Assembly: GCF_963921235.1 (NCBI RefSeq)
Contig: NC_086097.1
Location: 35,776,001 to 35,840,000, forward strand
Reading direction: 5' to 3'
Source: Mobula hypostoma
Lineage: Eukaryota
Length of the DNA stretch: 64,000 bases
Under the pieces are notes generated by a model. The model was not told where the DNA came from and did not search any database. It saw nothing but the letters and a program-made list of their open reading frames with translations. The position numbers and the translations under genes are program-made. Each line of letters opens with the position of its first letter. Within the stretch, counting starts at the first letter, position 1. Shown piece by piece: positions 23,936 through 36,066 of this stretch.

Positions 23936-25280
23936 TGGTCAGCTGATTTTTTTTTAATACATAAGAAACATTGCCAACGGAATCATTTGGGAGAGCTTTT
24001 AAGCTAGGATCAGAAAAATAATCTACTCAAAAAGAGTATAAAAATGACCCCGATTTGACCATATAAATATTAATGTTAACAGCTATTGAGGTAAATTTGA
24101 ATAGGGCAATAAATACTCTCTTAAGGATCACCTACATGGTTGACTCGTAGCTGCTCTCTGTAATGCTCCAGTATGTCATACAGTTAAGCAGAATTTAGGA
24201 ATGAACACAGTTGCAAGAGTAGCCAACAACACCATGACCTGTGAACGATTAAATAAATAAGTCTTGAAAGGAGGCTTCTAGGCTGTCAACTTGTATGAGA
24301 AGATGGTCGCTCAAGAAACGCTGTAGGAAAGGGAATTAAATACATTGCCAAAACAAATCATTTTGCTCTCAGAACAAAGGAGGATGAATATCCTTTTACC
24401 ACTTTAATGTTTTAAAAATGACTAAATCCCAAAGAAAGACCTATAGATGTAGCTCTGAGGAACAATGGTGAAGTGAAACTATCTCATTTGCTTTTCACTG
24501 ATCTTTTTCAAGTAAAAAAAAGTGTAGAATGATCTTGAAAATATTTTTACTAAAACATGGAAATATTTCATTGAAAAGATGTTCATGAAATATTCTTGAT
24601 ATGTTAGTCTAAACCTGGTATATATTATATACACACACAAAGCAGAGACCAATTTCCATAGTAATTACAACATGTGTGGCTGCAAGATAAATACAACACA
24701 CTCCTCCTCTATTATCTATTGTAGGATCCAATAGATAAATTGAAAGAATACTACACATAGCCAATTCTTCATAAACGTAACAACAAATAAATGTGGGATA
24801 CAGTTATTTAAAAACACACACTGTAGATTCCCACCAGAAATACCACACTATCCAGTAATAAAGGTAAGCCATCAACAAGCAATCTCACTGGCAAATTTCA
24901 CCAAGGAGTTTCTCAGCACAACACCAATTGGCACCTCTTCCCAACCAGTTGGGTCAGCTAAGCGTGAACCATAGCCACAAATAAAGAACAAATAGCTTTT
25001 CTGAGGAAGACCTCTAAGCTTTTCTCTAGAAGGTACAGAACAGGAGCCTGGGATTCCTGAAATTTTATTAAAACCTTAATAAAAAGGTTTTATGCCTTCT
25101 GTAGGGTGCTGAGTCAGACAGTGAGTCCCAACTCTCTCAATCAGGACACTGATAGTGTGTGGAAAAAAAGAATACTTCACATTGGCAGGAAAAATGACAC
25201 AACAGCACAAGCTTTCTATTACCACAAACTTAAAACAACACTAACCTGTCACACTACACAGCCCAGAAGTAATTAAAACA

Positions 25281-25427
25281 GAAATCTCCCAGATCTGATG
25301 AAGGGTCTCGGGCGAGCATGACGACTGTTTAGTCCTTTCCATAGATGCTGCCTGACCTGCTAAGCTCCTCCAGCATTTTGTATCTGTTACTCTGAATTTC
25401 CAACTTATGCAGAATCTCCTGTGTTTA
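25281..25427 (+). mobile_element. Solo mini-PLE terminal repeat with decayed hammerhead
   Basis: CTGATGAAGGGTCTCGG at 25295; TSD TAAYTAAAACA at 25270-25280 and 25428-25438. Confidence 0.8.
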
Positions 25428-26144
25428 TAACTAAAACACCAACAGCCTTGCACAATCTTAAACCAATTTCCTCCATTCTAGAATGCACATGACTATTCAC
25501 TTGCCACCCCTCATTATGGATCTATAAATGGTAGGTTGTGTCTAATGAGCCTAATTAGATTACCCAAGGAGGTAAGTAAAACGAGTAAGCTTTATATTTC
25601 ACATGGGAATTTAATTGCTAATATGCATATCACTGAAGTCAGCTATTGACCTTGACAAGAGTCCAGCTTTTTCAGAGAGCATAGAGCCAGTACCAGTGCC
25701 TGAGTTCCAACTATTAATGTTTAGGAGAATGTCAGGACACAGGAGGACTTGTGAGAGTGGTGGAAGGCTGTTACATAAAGAAGCCACAGTCAACTGATTA
25801 GTCTCTTTGCTGCAGAGATGGTGAGGGGAAAGAACTGATAAGGGGAGCTCTATTTGAGAGCATATAAAGGTGGAATTATTTCTAGAGGCAGATGCATTGA
25901 TAACCAATGGACAGGGATTAAGGCATTTATCAAAAGAACCAGAGTTTACAATAAGGAAGTCATACAATGAGTTATGGTGATCTCAAACACGACTAAAATG
26001 TCTTAAAAGTCTCAACAGTGTCATTATTAAAGGTTAATGTCAAAAGGCTTAGGAAAAAAGCAAGGGTTTAGACAGAGGGACATCAGAGGGGTGCTTAGGC
26101 AAGTACAGAGTCAGAGCCTCAGCAGTTAAATGCACAGCCACTAA

Positions 26145-27260
26145 TGGCAGACTCTATCAAGTTTCTACAGATGTGCCATGGAGAGCATGCTAACCTGTTG
26201 CATCACCCCTTGGAATGGCGGCTGAAATGCACAGGATCGAAAGAGGCTATAGAGGGTTCAGCTACATCACAGGCACAACCCTATCCACCATTGACAACAT
26301 TTTCGAAGGCAGTGCTTCGAGAAGTCTGCATCCATCATTAAGGACCCTCACCATGCAGGGCAAGCCCCCTTCTCATTACTAACGTCAGAGGAGAGATACG
26401 GGATCCTGAAGACATAGAAACATAGAAAACAGGTGCAGGAGTAGGCCATTCAGCCCTTCGAGCCTGCACTGCCATTCAGTACGATCATGGCTGATCATCC
26501 AACTCAGAACCCTGTACCAGCCTTCTCTCCAAACCCCCTGATCCCTTTAGCCACAAGGGCCATATCTAACTCCCTCTTAAATATAGCCAATGAACTGGCC
26601 TCAACTGTTTCCTGTGGCACAGAATTCCACAGATTCACCACTCTCTGTGTGAAGAAGTTTTTCCTAATCTCGGTCCTAAAAGGCTTCCCCTTTATCCTCA
26701 AACTGTGACCCCTCGTTCTGGACTTGCCCAACATCGGGAACAATCTTCCTGCATCTAGCCTGTCCAATCCCTTTAGGATTTCATATGTTTCAATAAGATC
26801 CCCCCTCAATCTTCTAAATTCCAACGAGTATAAGCCCAGTCGATCCAGTCTTTCATCATATGAAAGTCCTGCCATCCCAGGAATCAATCTGGTGAACCTT
26901 CTTTGTACTCCCTCTATGGCAAAGATGTCTTTCCTCAGATTAGGGGACCAAAGCTGCACACAATACTCCAGGTGTGGTCTCACCAAGGTCTTGTACAACT
27001 GCAGTAGTACTTCCCTGCTCCTGTACTCAAATCCTCTTACTATGAATGCTATGAAAGACACACACTCAAAGCTTTAGGAACAGCTTTACACCTTCACCAT
27101 CGGATTTCTGAACTGCCCATGAACCCATGAACCCAACCTCACTATTTCTCTTTGCATTATTTACTTATTTTATTGCAACTTATGGTAGTATTTTTCATCC
27201 TGCACTGTACTGCTGCCACAAGACAACAAATTTCACAGCATATAATAAATCTGATTCTAA
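26145..27260 (+). mobile_element. Rex1/Babar-like 3' fragment split by a CR1 insertion
   Basis: TCCATCATTAAGGACCCTCACC..CTGAAGACA|CACACTCAA..GATTCT tail. Confidence 0.75.
26415..27054 (-). mobile_element. Young 5'-truncated CR1 with an open ORF2 C-terminus
   Basis: Uninterrupted ORF 26504-27061 (LYKTLVRPHLEYCVQLWSP..TRGHSL..FFTQRVVNLWNS); (TTCTATGT)n tail; AAGACA repeat at 26409-26414 and 27055-27060. Confidence 0.95.
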
Positions 27261-27280
27261 GATATTGAAAATCAAATTAG

Positions 27281-27566
27281 GGGTGTCACGGTAGCATAGT
27301 GGTTAGCACAACACTTCACAGTACCTGCAACCTGGGTTCAATTCCCATCGCTGCCTGTAAGGGGTTTGTATGATCTCCCCATGAACTCATGGGTTTCCTC
27401 CGGGTGCTCCAGTGTCCTCCCACAGTCCAAAGACATACCAGTTGGTAGGTTACTTGATCATTGTAAATTGTGTTTAGGCTAGGATTAAATTAGGGGATTG
27501 CTGGTGTATCGTGGCTCAAAGGGCCGGAAGGGTCTAATCTGCACCGTATCCCAATAAATAAATAAA
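27281..27566 (+). mobile_element. HE1-like V-SINE (tRNA head, V domain, CR1-like tail)
   Basis: A box TAGCATAGTGG, B box GGTTCAATTCC, GGGTTTCCTCCGGGTGCTCC..CCTCCCACAGTCCAAAGAC, (TAAA)n tail. Confidence 0.85.
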
Positions 27567-28034
27567 CCTGATTCTGAATTCAATTAGAGTACAAGTCCTC
27601 TCCAGCATTACAAATGGCCAACTTACAGAAATCCTGCACATACAAATGAGTGTTAGGGAGACTGGCAGGACTGTTGGAGGTGGATTTCCAGGGACTGTGG
27701 AACCTTGCAGCAGGAGTGCATATGCCTGTGTGGCTAGGCATAGCTCAAGTACCATCTATAAATTTGCTGACGATACAACCATTGTTGGTAGAATCTCAGG
27801 AGGTGACGAGAGGGCATACAGGAGTGAGATATGCCAACTAGTGGAATGGTGCCACAGCAACAACCAGGCACTCAACGTCAGTAAGACAAAAGAGCTGATT
27901 GTGGACTTCAGGAAGGGTAAGACGAAGGAACACATACCAATCCTCATAGCGGGATCAGAAGTGGAGAGAGTGAGCAGCTTCAAGTTTCTGGGTGTCAAGA
28001 TCTTTGAGGATCTAACCTGGTCCCAACTTATTGA

Positions 28035-28205
28035 GGCAACATACATCAAAGTTGCTGGTGAACTTCAGTTAGTCCTGACGAAGGGTCTCGGCCTGAAACG
28101 TCGACTGCACCTCTTCCTATAGATGCTGCCTGGCCTGCTGCATTCACCAGCAACTTTGATGTATGTTGCTTGAATTTCCAGCATCTGCAGAATTCCTGTT
28201 GTTTG
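28035..28205 (+). mobile_element. 171-bp fold-back mini-PLE with hammerhead, 13-bp TSD
   Basis: CCCAACTTATTGA at 28022-28034 and 28206-28218; 27-bp perfect inverted repeat 28036-28062 / 28143-28169. Confidence 0.95.
28071..28106 (+). ncRNA. Minimal type-I hammerhead ribozyme, intact core
   Basis: AGTC CTGACGA AGG GTCTCGG CCT GAAA CG TC GACT. Confidence 0.85.
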
Positions 28206-29197
28206 CCCAACTTATTGATGCAGCTATAAAGAAGGCAAGACAGCGGCTATACTTTATTAGGAGTTTGAGGAGATTTGGTATTTCAAGAAATACACTCAAA
28301 AACTTCTATAGCTGTACTGTGGAAAGCATTCTGACAGGCTGCATCACTGTCTGGTATGGCAGGGGGAGGTGGGGGCTACTGCACAGGGCTGAAAGAAACA
28401 GCAGAGAGTTGTAAATTTAGTCGGCTCCATCTTGGATACTAGCCTACAAAGTACCCAGGACATCTTCAAGGAGCGGTGTCTCAGAAAGGCAGCGTCCATT
28501 ATTAAGGACCTCCAGCACCCAGGGCATGCCCTTTTCTCACTGTTACCATCAGGTAGGAGGTACAGAAGCCTGATAATAAACTTGATTCTGATTCTGATTC
28601 TGAGAGAACAAGGCAAATCTGAGTGCCTTGTCTCTGTAGACCCAAACCACGACCTCCAGGCCTTGACAATTGAGAGCAGGCTCAGGCCAAACAGAGTTGG
28701 GATTTCTGTGCAGACTCACTCACTGAGTCAGTGAGGCTGGTCAGTGGCCATTCTTCCTGTGTCTGCTCGCACTCCCATCACAGCTGTTTTTGTGAAACTC
28801 CCTCACACGTTTTTGTTCATTTCTTACTGACAAACAGTTTTGAGTTACCAACAGCTTTCAGAAACAGACTGCTGCTATATGCTGGGGACTGGCTGTAATT
28901 ATCTTTGGAGGATGATAGCATTCAGCATTAAAGGTACATAGATATCTCAGGGCTTTATGTTTGGAGGAGATTACAGACAATTGAGAGAGCAGTGAGAGAT
29001 TTGTAAATGCGAATGGGAATTTTAAAGTGCCTTACCAGATTTAGCACAAATCTACCTTGATTTTCTCTTTGACTTACAATAGAATGATCTTTTCAATGTT
29101 GAATCAATTGTACCCATTAAACAAAATATATTTTACAAGGGTGCAACATTCTGATACCATAGATGTTAAAATTAAATGCAGGTCTCATCTAAAATTA

Positions 29198-29423
29198 AAA
29201 ACACACAAGAGATTCACAGATACAGGAAATTCAAGGCAACACACACGAAATGCTGGATGAACTCAACAGGTCAGGTTGCATCGATGGAAATGAATGAAAA
29301 GTCGATGTTTTTGTCTGAGACCCTTCTTTACGACTAAAAGGAAGGGGAAGATGTCAGAAGAAAAAGGTGGGGGAGAGGAAGGACGACAAGCTAGAAGGTG
29401 ATAGGTGAAGCCAGGTGGGTTGG
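29198..29423 (-). mobile_element. Solo PLE terminal repeat, decayed hammerhead near 29300-29335
   Basis: AGTCGATGTTTTTGTCTGAGACCCTTCTTACGACT; ATCTAAAAT on both flanks. Confidence 0.75.
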
Positions 29424-29967
29424 ATCTAAAATAAAAATTAAAATTAAAATCTAAAATTAAAGCTGAAAGAACAAATTTATCTCCTCATTGCTCCTTCAGT
29501 ATTTTCCAAAATCAGCACTCAGCTTTATCTATAAATCTAAGACTTGTTCATCTTCAGAATTTCTTTTTTTTTGCAGCAAAGGAATCGCATAGACTTCAAG
29601 AGGAAAAATTGTAGATTCATAAGGGAAAGAAAAGAGGTCAGTGGACAAATTGGATCATTTCACTGAGTGCTGACATAATCACATCCAATCAAACCGTCTC
29701 ATTTGCTGTTGCAGCATTCAATGATTGTAAATAAATCTCTTGAAAAACACATTTAATATTTTTAATTCATGTATCAAAATGACATGATTTTTCTACTTCA
29801 ATTTTGTAATAGTCAGAGATCAATGAATCAATGGTTTTACTTTGATCTATATTTTATAGAAAGCTAGTTGCTACTCCTGTATGTATTTCAAAGCCCTCAG
29901 TGAGGAAGAAAACATTTCTGAACTATTTTAATATCTAACTTCTCAAATTAAGGTTTACCCTTGTAAG

Positions 29968-31445
29968 TGCATAAGATATAGGTGCAGAATAGGCCATTCA
30001 GCCCATCAACTGCTCTGCCATTCAATCATGTCTGATATTTTTCGTCCCCATTCTTCTGCTTTCTCTCCATAATTCTTAACTTTTTCATCTCTTTTTCTCT
30101 TCGATTGTCCATCGAAATCCGATGACGACGTCCACTCCTTTAACGGTGAGATCTTCGATGACTATACAGTCCTACCCTGGACCCACAAGCTCTATTGCAG
30201 GTGGGACATGTATATGTGGTGGTGGTGGCAGTGGTGACAACCATGGCTGCATTTCTCCTGGCTCTCTTCTGCTGTCTTCTGGTTGTTCTTTCCATCTCCA
30301 GAATATGAACCCCATCCCTACACAGCTGTCGCCACGTGGTACGGTCAGCAGCAACATCCTTCAGGTCCTTGGGTCTGATCTTGTACTTCCTTAAAGCATT
30401 CGTCATCCGATCCTTATAGCATTCGGCCTTCCAGCTGAGCGTCAAACAAGATGTAGCTGGCCGTATAACACTCTGCGGGGTAGCCAACATGGGGGCATCC
30501 TTATCATGTGCCCCAGCCACTGCAGCTGACGCTGGGTGATCATAGCATCAATACTTCTGCAGTTGGTCTTTACAAGTATTTCAGTGTGAGGCACCCGCTC
30601 ATGCTGGGTAATTCCCAGGATGCGCTGGAGGCAGCTTATATGGAAGCGCTCCAAGGACTTGATGTGACGGCTGTAGGTTACCTCAACTTCACAGCTATAA
30701 AGGAGGGCGGTGACACAGGCCGCTTGGTATATGGCAACCTTTGTGGAGGGACGAAGGCTCCTGTTCTGAAAGACTCTACGCCGAAGTCTCCCAAAGGCAG
30801 CTGATGCCTGTCTAATGTGGCTCTGGCTGTCGTCGTCAATGCCGCTATCCTCAGAGAGAATGCTCCCCAGATATTTGAAAGATGGCACTGCTGACAGGTT
30901 TTCATCACCAACAGTGAAGGTAGGTAGAGTGGGTGGGACACTGGTACTCCATTGGCAAAGCACTTCTGTCTTGGTGGTATTGACAGCTCCGTAGAAAGTG
31001 GGTCCTGGAGCTGCAGTATGCAGACGACTGTGCTCTTGTGGCCCATACTCCGGAGGATCTTCAGACTGTCCTTGCTGTGGCGGTGAGAGCGTACAGCAGG
31101 ATGGGGCTGACTGTCAATACTACCTGACGTTTTCATAAGTGAGAACTTAAGAACTTCTACCTTAAACACACGCAAAGATTTGTCCTCAACAGCCTTTGTG
31201 TATCAGATTCCACAGATTCACGGCCTTCTGGCTGATGAAATTGCTTCTCATCTCAGTTTTAAAGGGACATCCCTTTATTCTGAGGTTGTGCCCTTGGATC
31301 CTAGATGTTCCTACTAATGGAAACACACTCTCCACACCTACTCTACTCAGGCCTTTCATTACCAGACAGGTTTCAATGAGATCCCCTCTCACCCTTCTGA
31401 ATTCCACCAAGTACTACTCCAATGACATCAAACGGTCCTCATAGT
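29968..31445 (-). mobile_element. CR1 3' fragment split by an RTE insertion
   Basis: CATAAGATATAGG tail; ORF 31186-31410 EFRRVRGDLIET..GHNLRI..VNLWN. Confidence 0.85.
30081..31124 (-). mobile_element. RTE-clade LINE, 5'-truncated with a 5' inversion
   Basis: Minus strand FKYLGS..ASAAFGRL..LLYSCE..QLQWLGH..CPTC..GLYSHRRSH; plus strand 30987-31124 ELQYADDCALVAH. Confidence 0.92.
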
Positions 31446-31519
31446 TAACACTTTCTACTTAGTATCTCATCAATCTATTTTGATTATGTTGATACTAAGT
31501 ACCCAATGAGAAACTTACA

Positions 31520-31830
31520 TCAGAATCAGGTTTCATATCACTAGCATGTATCATGAAATTCATTAACTTTACAGAAGCAGTACAAGGAAATACATGATAA
31601 ATAAATATAGAGAAAACTGAATTACAGTAATATATAACAGGAATGTGTTTATTAAATAGTAAAGTTAGAATAAGTAGCGCAAAAAAACAAAAATTTTAAA
31701 AAGTCATGAGGTAGTATTCATGGGTTCAATGTCCATTTAGAAACCTGATGGCAGAGAGGAAGAAGCTGTTTCCTGAATTGCTGAGAGTGTGCCTTCAGGC
31801 TTCTGTACCTTCTTCCAGATGGTAACAATG
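31520..31830 (-). mobile_element. Rex1/Babar-like 3' tail
   Basis: CAGAATCAGGTTT..GGAAGAAGCTGTTTCCTGAAT..CAGGCTTCTGTACCT. Confidence 0.75.
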
Positions 31831-32289
31831 ATTCTTTAAGCTGCCTGGTTGAGTTCCCAAAATAATTTTCTTAAAATAACAAATTGCCTGGAATATGTTC
31901 CAAGGATGCTTCTCCACACCCACAGTCGAAGCCACAAGTTTTGCATACCAATTTTAGATCATACCTCTGTAAATTTATTTAGTAATCTTCCTGAAGTTGT
32001 CAGCCAATCTCAGTAGAGATTTCTTCCACTGATTCAGCTTTCAAATGAGTTCATTGACATTTACATTAAAGTCAGCTGGATATTCAATCAAGCCCATCAA
32101 AATTAATTTAAAATCCTTTCTCATGCCTTTTCTTTCGCGTGATAAAATGTGTCCAGTCAAAGCTCAAATGGAAAAATGTACTTCACCATGGGCTTATTAA
32201 AGTCAAATATACTGATGTATTTCCTCTTCAGTTAATCAATATTATTAACATTATAATTTGTCATCACTTGCTTATATTAAGAACAACAC

Positions 32290-32965
32290 TGTCATCAGAG
32301 CATTTGCTAGCTCTGGGCCTGAACTTGCTAGAGTTTAAAAGAATGGGAACGTTGCTCATTGAAACCTACTGAATATCAAAAGGCCTAGAAAGAGTGAACT
32401 TGGAGATGATGTTTCCAATAGCGGGAGAGTCTAGGACCAGAGGGCACAGGCTCAGAATACAAGGACGTCCCTTTAGAACAGGGGTGGAAAGTTCAAGGGG
32501 GATATTAGAGGAAAGTTTTTTACTCAGAGAGTGGTTGGTGCGTGGAATACACTGCCTGAGTCAGACACACTAGTGAAATTTAAGAGACTACTAGACAGGT
32601 ATATGGAGGAATTTAAGTTAGGGGATTATATGGGAGGCAGGGTTTGAGGGTCGGCACAACAATGTGGGCTGAAGGGCCTGTACTGTGCTGTACTATTCTA
32701 TGTTCTAACAGAGATGAGAAGGAATTTCTTTAGCCAGAGGGCAGTGAAACTGTGGAATTCATTACTACAGATGGCTGTGGAGGCCAAGTCATTGGTTATA
32801 TTTAAAGTGGAGATCGGTAGATCCTTGACTAGTAAAGACATCAAATGTTACAGGGAGAGGGCATGAGAGGTTGAAAGGGGTAATAAACCAGCTATGATCA
32901 AATGGCAGAGCACTTTCGATGGACTGAATAGCCTAATTCTGCTCCTGTGTCCTATGGTCTTATAG
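32290..32965 (+). mobile_element. CR1 3' end with a younger CR1 3' end nested at 32482-32706
   Basis: Host CTTTAGAACAG|AGATGAG split; AACAG duplicated at 32477-32481 and 32707-32711. Confidence 0.85.
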
Positions 32966-35055
32966 TCTGGCTCTGCTCTGACGCTGAATACATAAAAGAG
33001 CATGGATCAATGAAAGACACAAGAAAAACAAATTCACGGCCTAGCCTAGTTCTGAAACTGGTGCCTCAATTGTAATTGTAAATCTGAGATTGCTCACCTT
33101 CAGATTCTCTCACCACCTTTGTGTCATTTTTCTTCAGAAAGTAACTTGCATCTGGGCCAGTTATGAGTGAGGCATAAGTCTGGCACTAGTCGAGTAGAAT
33201 CCAACAACTCATTACTCCATTGAAATGAAGGCCACAGCCATGGAATACAGGTCAAAGTGGAGTCAGCTGAATCATATGAAGCTGCATTCTTTAAAAAGCA
33301 GAATTCAAAGGTGGAAGTCCAGTGTAATACAACAGTAAGGCTGATGGCAGAGAAAACGCACAAGTTAAATGACAGGCAATGCTCAGAGAAGTTTAATCAA
33401 CCAATCTGATCACAGAGAGTTGGGGAAAGCACCTTCCATTACAGGATTATGAACCTAGTGTGGATGGCACTTAAAAGATATCTCCCACTCAAGGGCAGTT
33501 CATGACACCGTGTGATAAAATTTGATGACAGCAAGATGGGAACCTATTTTACTTCTCACTGATTTTCATTTCCATTGATGCAGTTGAGGTCAGGATTGTT
33601 ATTTCTCTAGTGCAATGCCAGAGTGAAGTCCTATCTGCCGTCTGGTTGAATGAGAAGAGACCCATTGCCCTTCTGAAAAAGAACAGAGAATTCACTACAT
33701 AGACTGTTCAACATTCTACCCATCCTCAACCTTTCCACCCCCACCCCCAACAAAAAGAAACGCCATCAAAAAATATTGTCTGATCATTGATCTCATTTGC
33801 TGTTTGTACAATCTTTCTACCCATTATATTATCTATAGGATACAGTGACATTTCAAACATAATGAACATGCTGTGTTTTTCTTACTGGATTAAACTTTAA
33901 TTTTGAATTTGAACTGTCTGACACAATTCAAGATTTACTTTGCTCACAGTCCATTTAAAAGCTTACACAGCCTTAGTACAAACCTGTGCAAAAACCACCG
34001 TTTGACTGCAAATTCTTTATTTTAATCAGTATATTAAAAATGCAGCATACATTTTCCAAATCTCTATATACACAAGGGGAGCTGGCAATATCAAGTCATT
34101 ATTCACTCACTTAATCATTATATCTCCTTTGCTAGATGATTGTAGTCAAGTAGCTAAAAGCAGAGTTCCTTAGACACTCACTGAATCAGACTACAGATTT
34201 ATTTATAAATATTTTAGATTTTGTGAGTTATTCAGAGAAGAGAAGCAATATCCCAGAAATAGATATAATTCAGGAAATGGTAGGGAGGGAGAAATTACAA
34301 TAGCCAGGGCAGTGTTACAGAGCAAATAGTTGGAGCTGCAGCCGGACATACTTTCCTCCTTGGCTCTGATTTGTTGATTTTAATTCTCCAAATTTCCATA
34401 GAATTGGGGGTGGTTCTGCTAAATTGGTAACTAGCAACAATCCCTTTTATTAAAACAGGAAGGGAAAGAGAGAGCAGGAAATTATAGACTGGTTAAAACT
34501 TCACATCTGAATCAAGGGAAACGTTAGAAATCATTACTAAAGATATTAAAACAGCCATTAACAAAAATTCAAAGTAACCAAGCAGAGTGTATATGTTGGT
34601 TAGCTCAGATTTGACGGGCTGAAGGCCTTATTTCCACACTGTATGGTTCTATTATTCACATCAAGACAGTTTTATAAAGGGGATATCAGACGTGACCAAC
34701 TTATTGATTCCTCTGAAGAAGTAACATGCCACAGGCTCTGTAATTACATTTCCAGAAGTTTGTGATACAGTAATGCCTCAACAATACACTAGAAAGTAAA
34801 TGTGTATCTTGTCAATACGTAACAAATGGTGTGCAATAGGGTTCAGTGCTGGAACCTTGTATTTTTTGTAACTTGTTCTGAAAAACAGCTGCAGCCCTTC
34901 TGGTAGGTAAGAAATTAAGTTGCAAGGGGGCATAATGGGACAGAAAAGTGAGTGAGCAAAGATATTCCAAATGATGTTTTAATGTGGGAAAACATGAAGA
35001 TGACCATTTTGGCTGGAACAATTATATATATATAATTTTGCAGCCAAAATAAAAG

Positions 35056-36066
35056 GTGACAGGAGAGGTACCAGAGGATTGGAAGATAGCCAATGTTGTT
35101 CCACTGTTTAAAAAAGGCTCTAAAGATAAACCAGGAAATTATAGGCTGGTGAGTCTGACATCAGTTGTGGGAAGGTTATTGGAGGGTATTCTAAGCAACC
35201 CTATACATAAATATTTGGATGGACTTGGACCAATTAAGGGTAGTCAATATGGCTTTGTGCGTGGTAGGCCATGTCTAACCAAACTTATGGAGTTTTTCAA
35301 GGAAGTTACCAGGAAAGTGGATGAAGGCAAGGCAGTGGATGGATTTTAGCAAGGCATTTGACAAGGTCCCTCATGGGAGGCTGGTCAAGGAGGTTCAGTC
35401 ACTCAGCATTTAAGATGAGGTAGGAAATTGGATTAGACATTGGCTTTGTGGGACAAGCCAGAGAGTGGTAGTAGATGGTTGCCTCTCTGACTGGAGGCCC
35501 ATGTCTCGTGGTGTGCCATAGGGAATGCTGCTGGGTCCGTTGATGTTTGTCATCTGTATCAATGATCTGGATGATAATGTGATTAACTAGATCAGCAAGT
35601 TTGCAGATGACACCAAGATTGGGCCTGTAGTGGAATGCAAGGAAGGCTATCATGGTTGCAGAGGAATTTGCATCAAAAATGGCAGATGGAATTTAATGCA
35701 GACAAGACGAGATTTTGCGCTTCAGTAGGACCAACCAGGATTAGTCTTACACAGTGAATGGTAGGGCCACTAAGGAGGGTGGTAGATCAAAGGGATCTGG
35801 GAATATAGGCAAATAACTCATTGAAATTGGTATCACGGGTACATAGGATCATAAAAAAAAGCTTATAGCACATTGGTCTTCATATATCAATGTATTGAGT
35901 ACAGGAGATGGGATGTTATAATGAAGTTGTATAAGATGTTGGTAAGGCCTAATTTGGAGTATTGTGTGCAGTTTTGGTCACCTCCCTGCAGGAAAGATAT
36001 AAATAAGGTCGAAAGAGTGCAGAGAAAATTTACAAGGTTATTACCGGGTCTAGAGGACCTGAGTGA
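35056..36066 (+). mobile_element. CR1 RT fragment (its 3' end appears to resume at 39856-40182)
   Basis: VPEDWKIANVVPLFKKG..PGNYR.VSLTS, SKAFDKVPH, KFADDTK, LVRPNLEYCVQFWSP. Confidence 0.92.

Larger units (their letters stand above)
27722..28602 (+). mobile_element. Rex1/Babar-like LINE RT fragment interrupted by a mini-PLE
   Basis: IYKFADDTTIVG, LNVSKTKELIVDFRK, FKFLGV, KKARQRLYFIRSL, (GATTCT)n. Confidence 0.9.

Noticed and set aside
27281..27350. tRNA gene
   Set aside because: A and B boxes continue into a SINE body; no convincing cloverleaf
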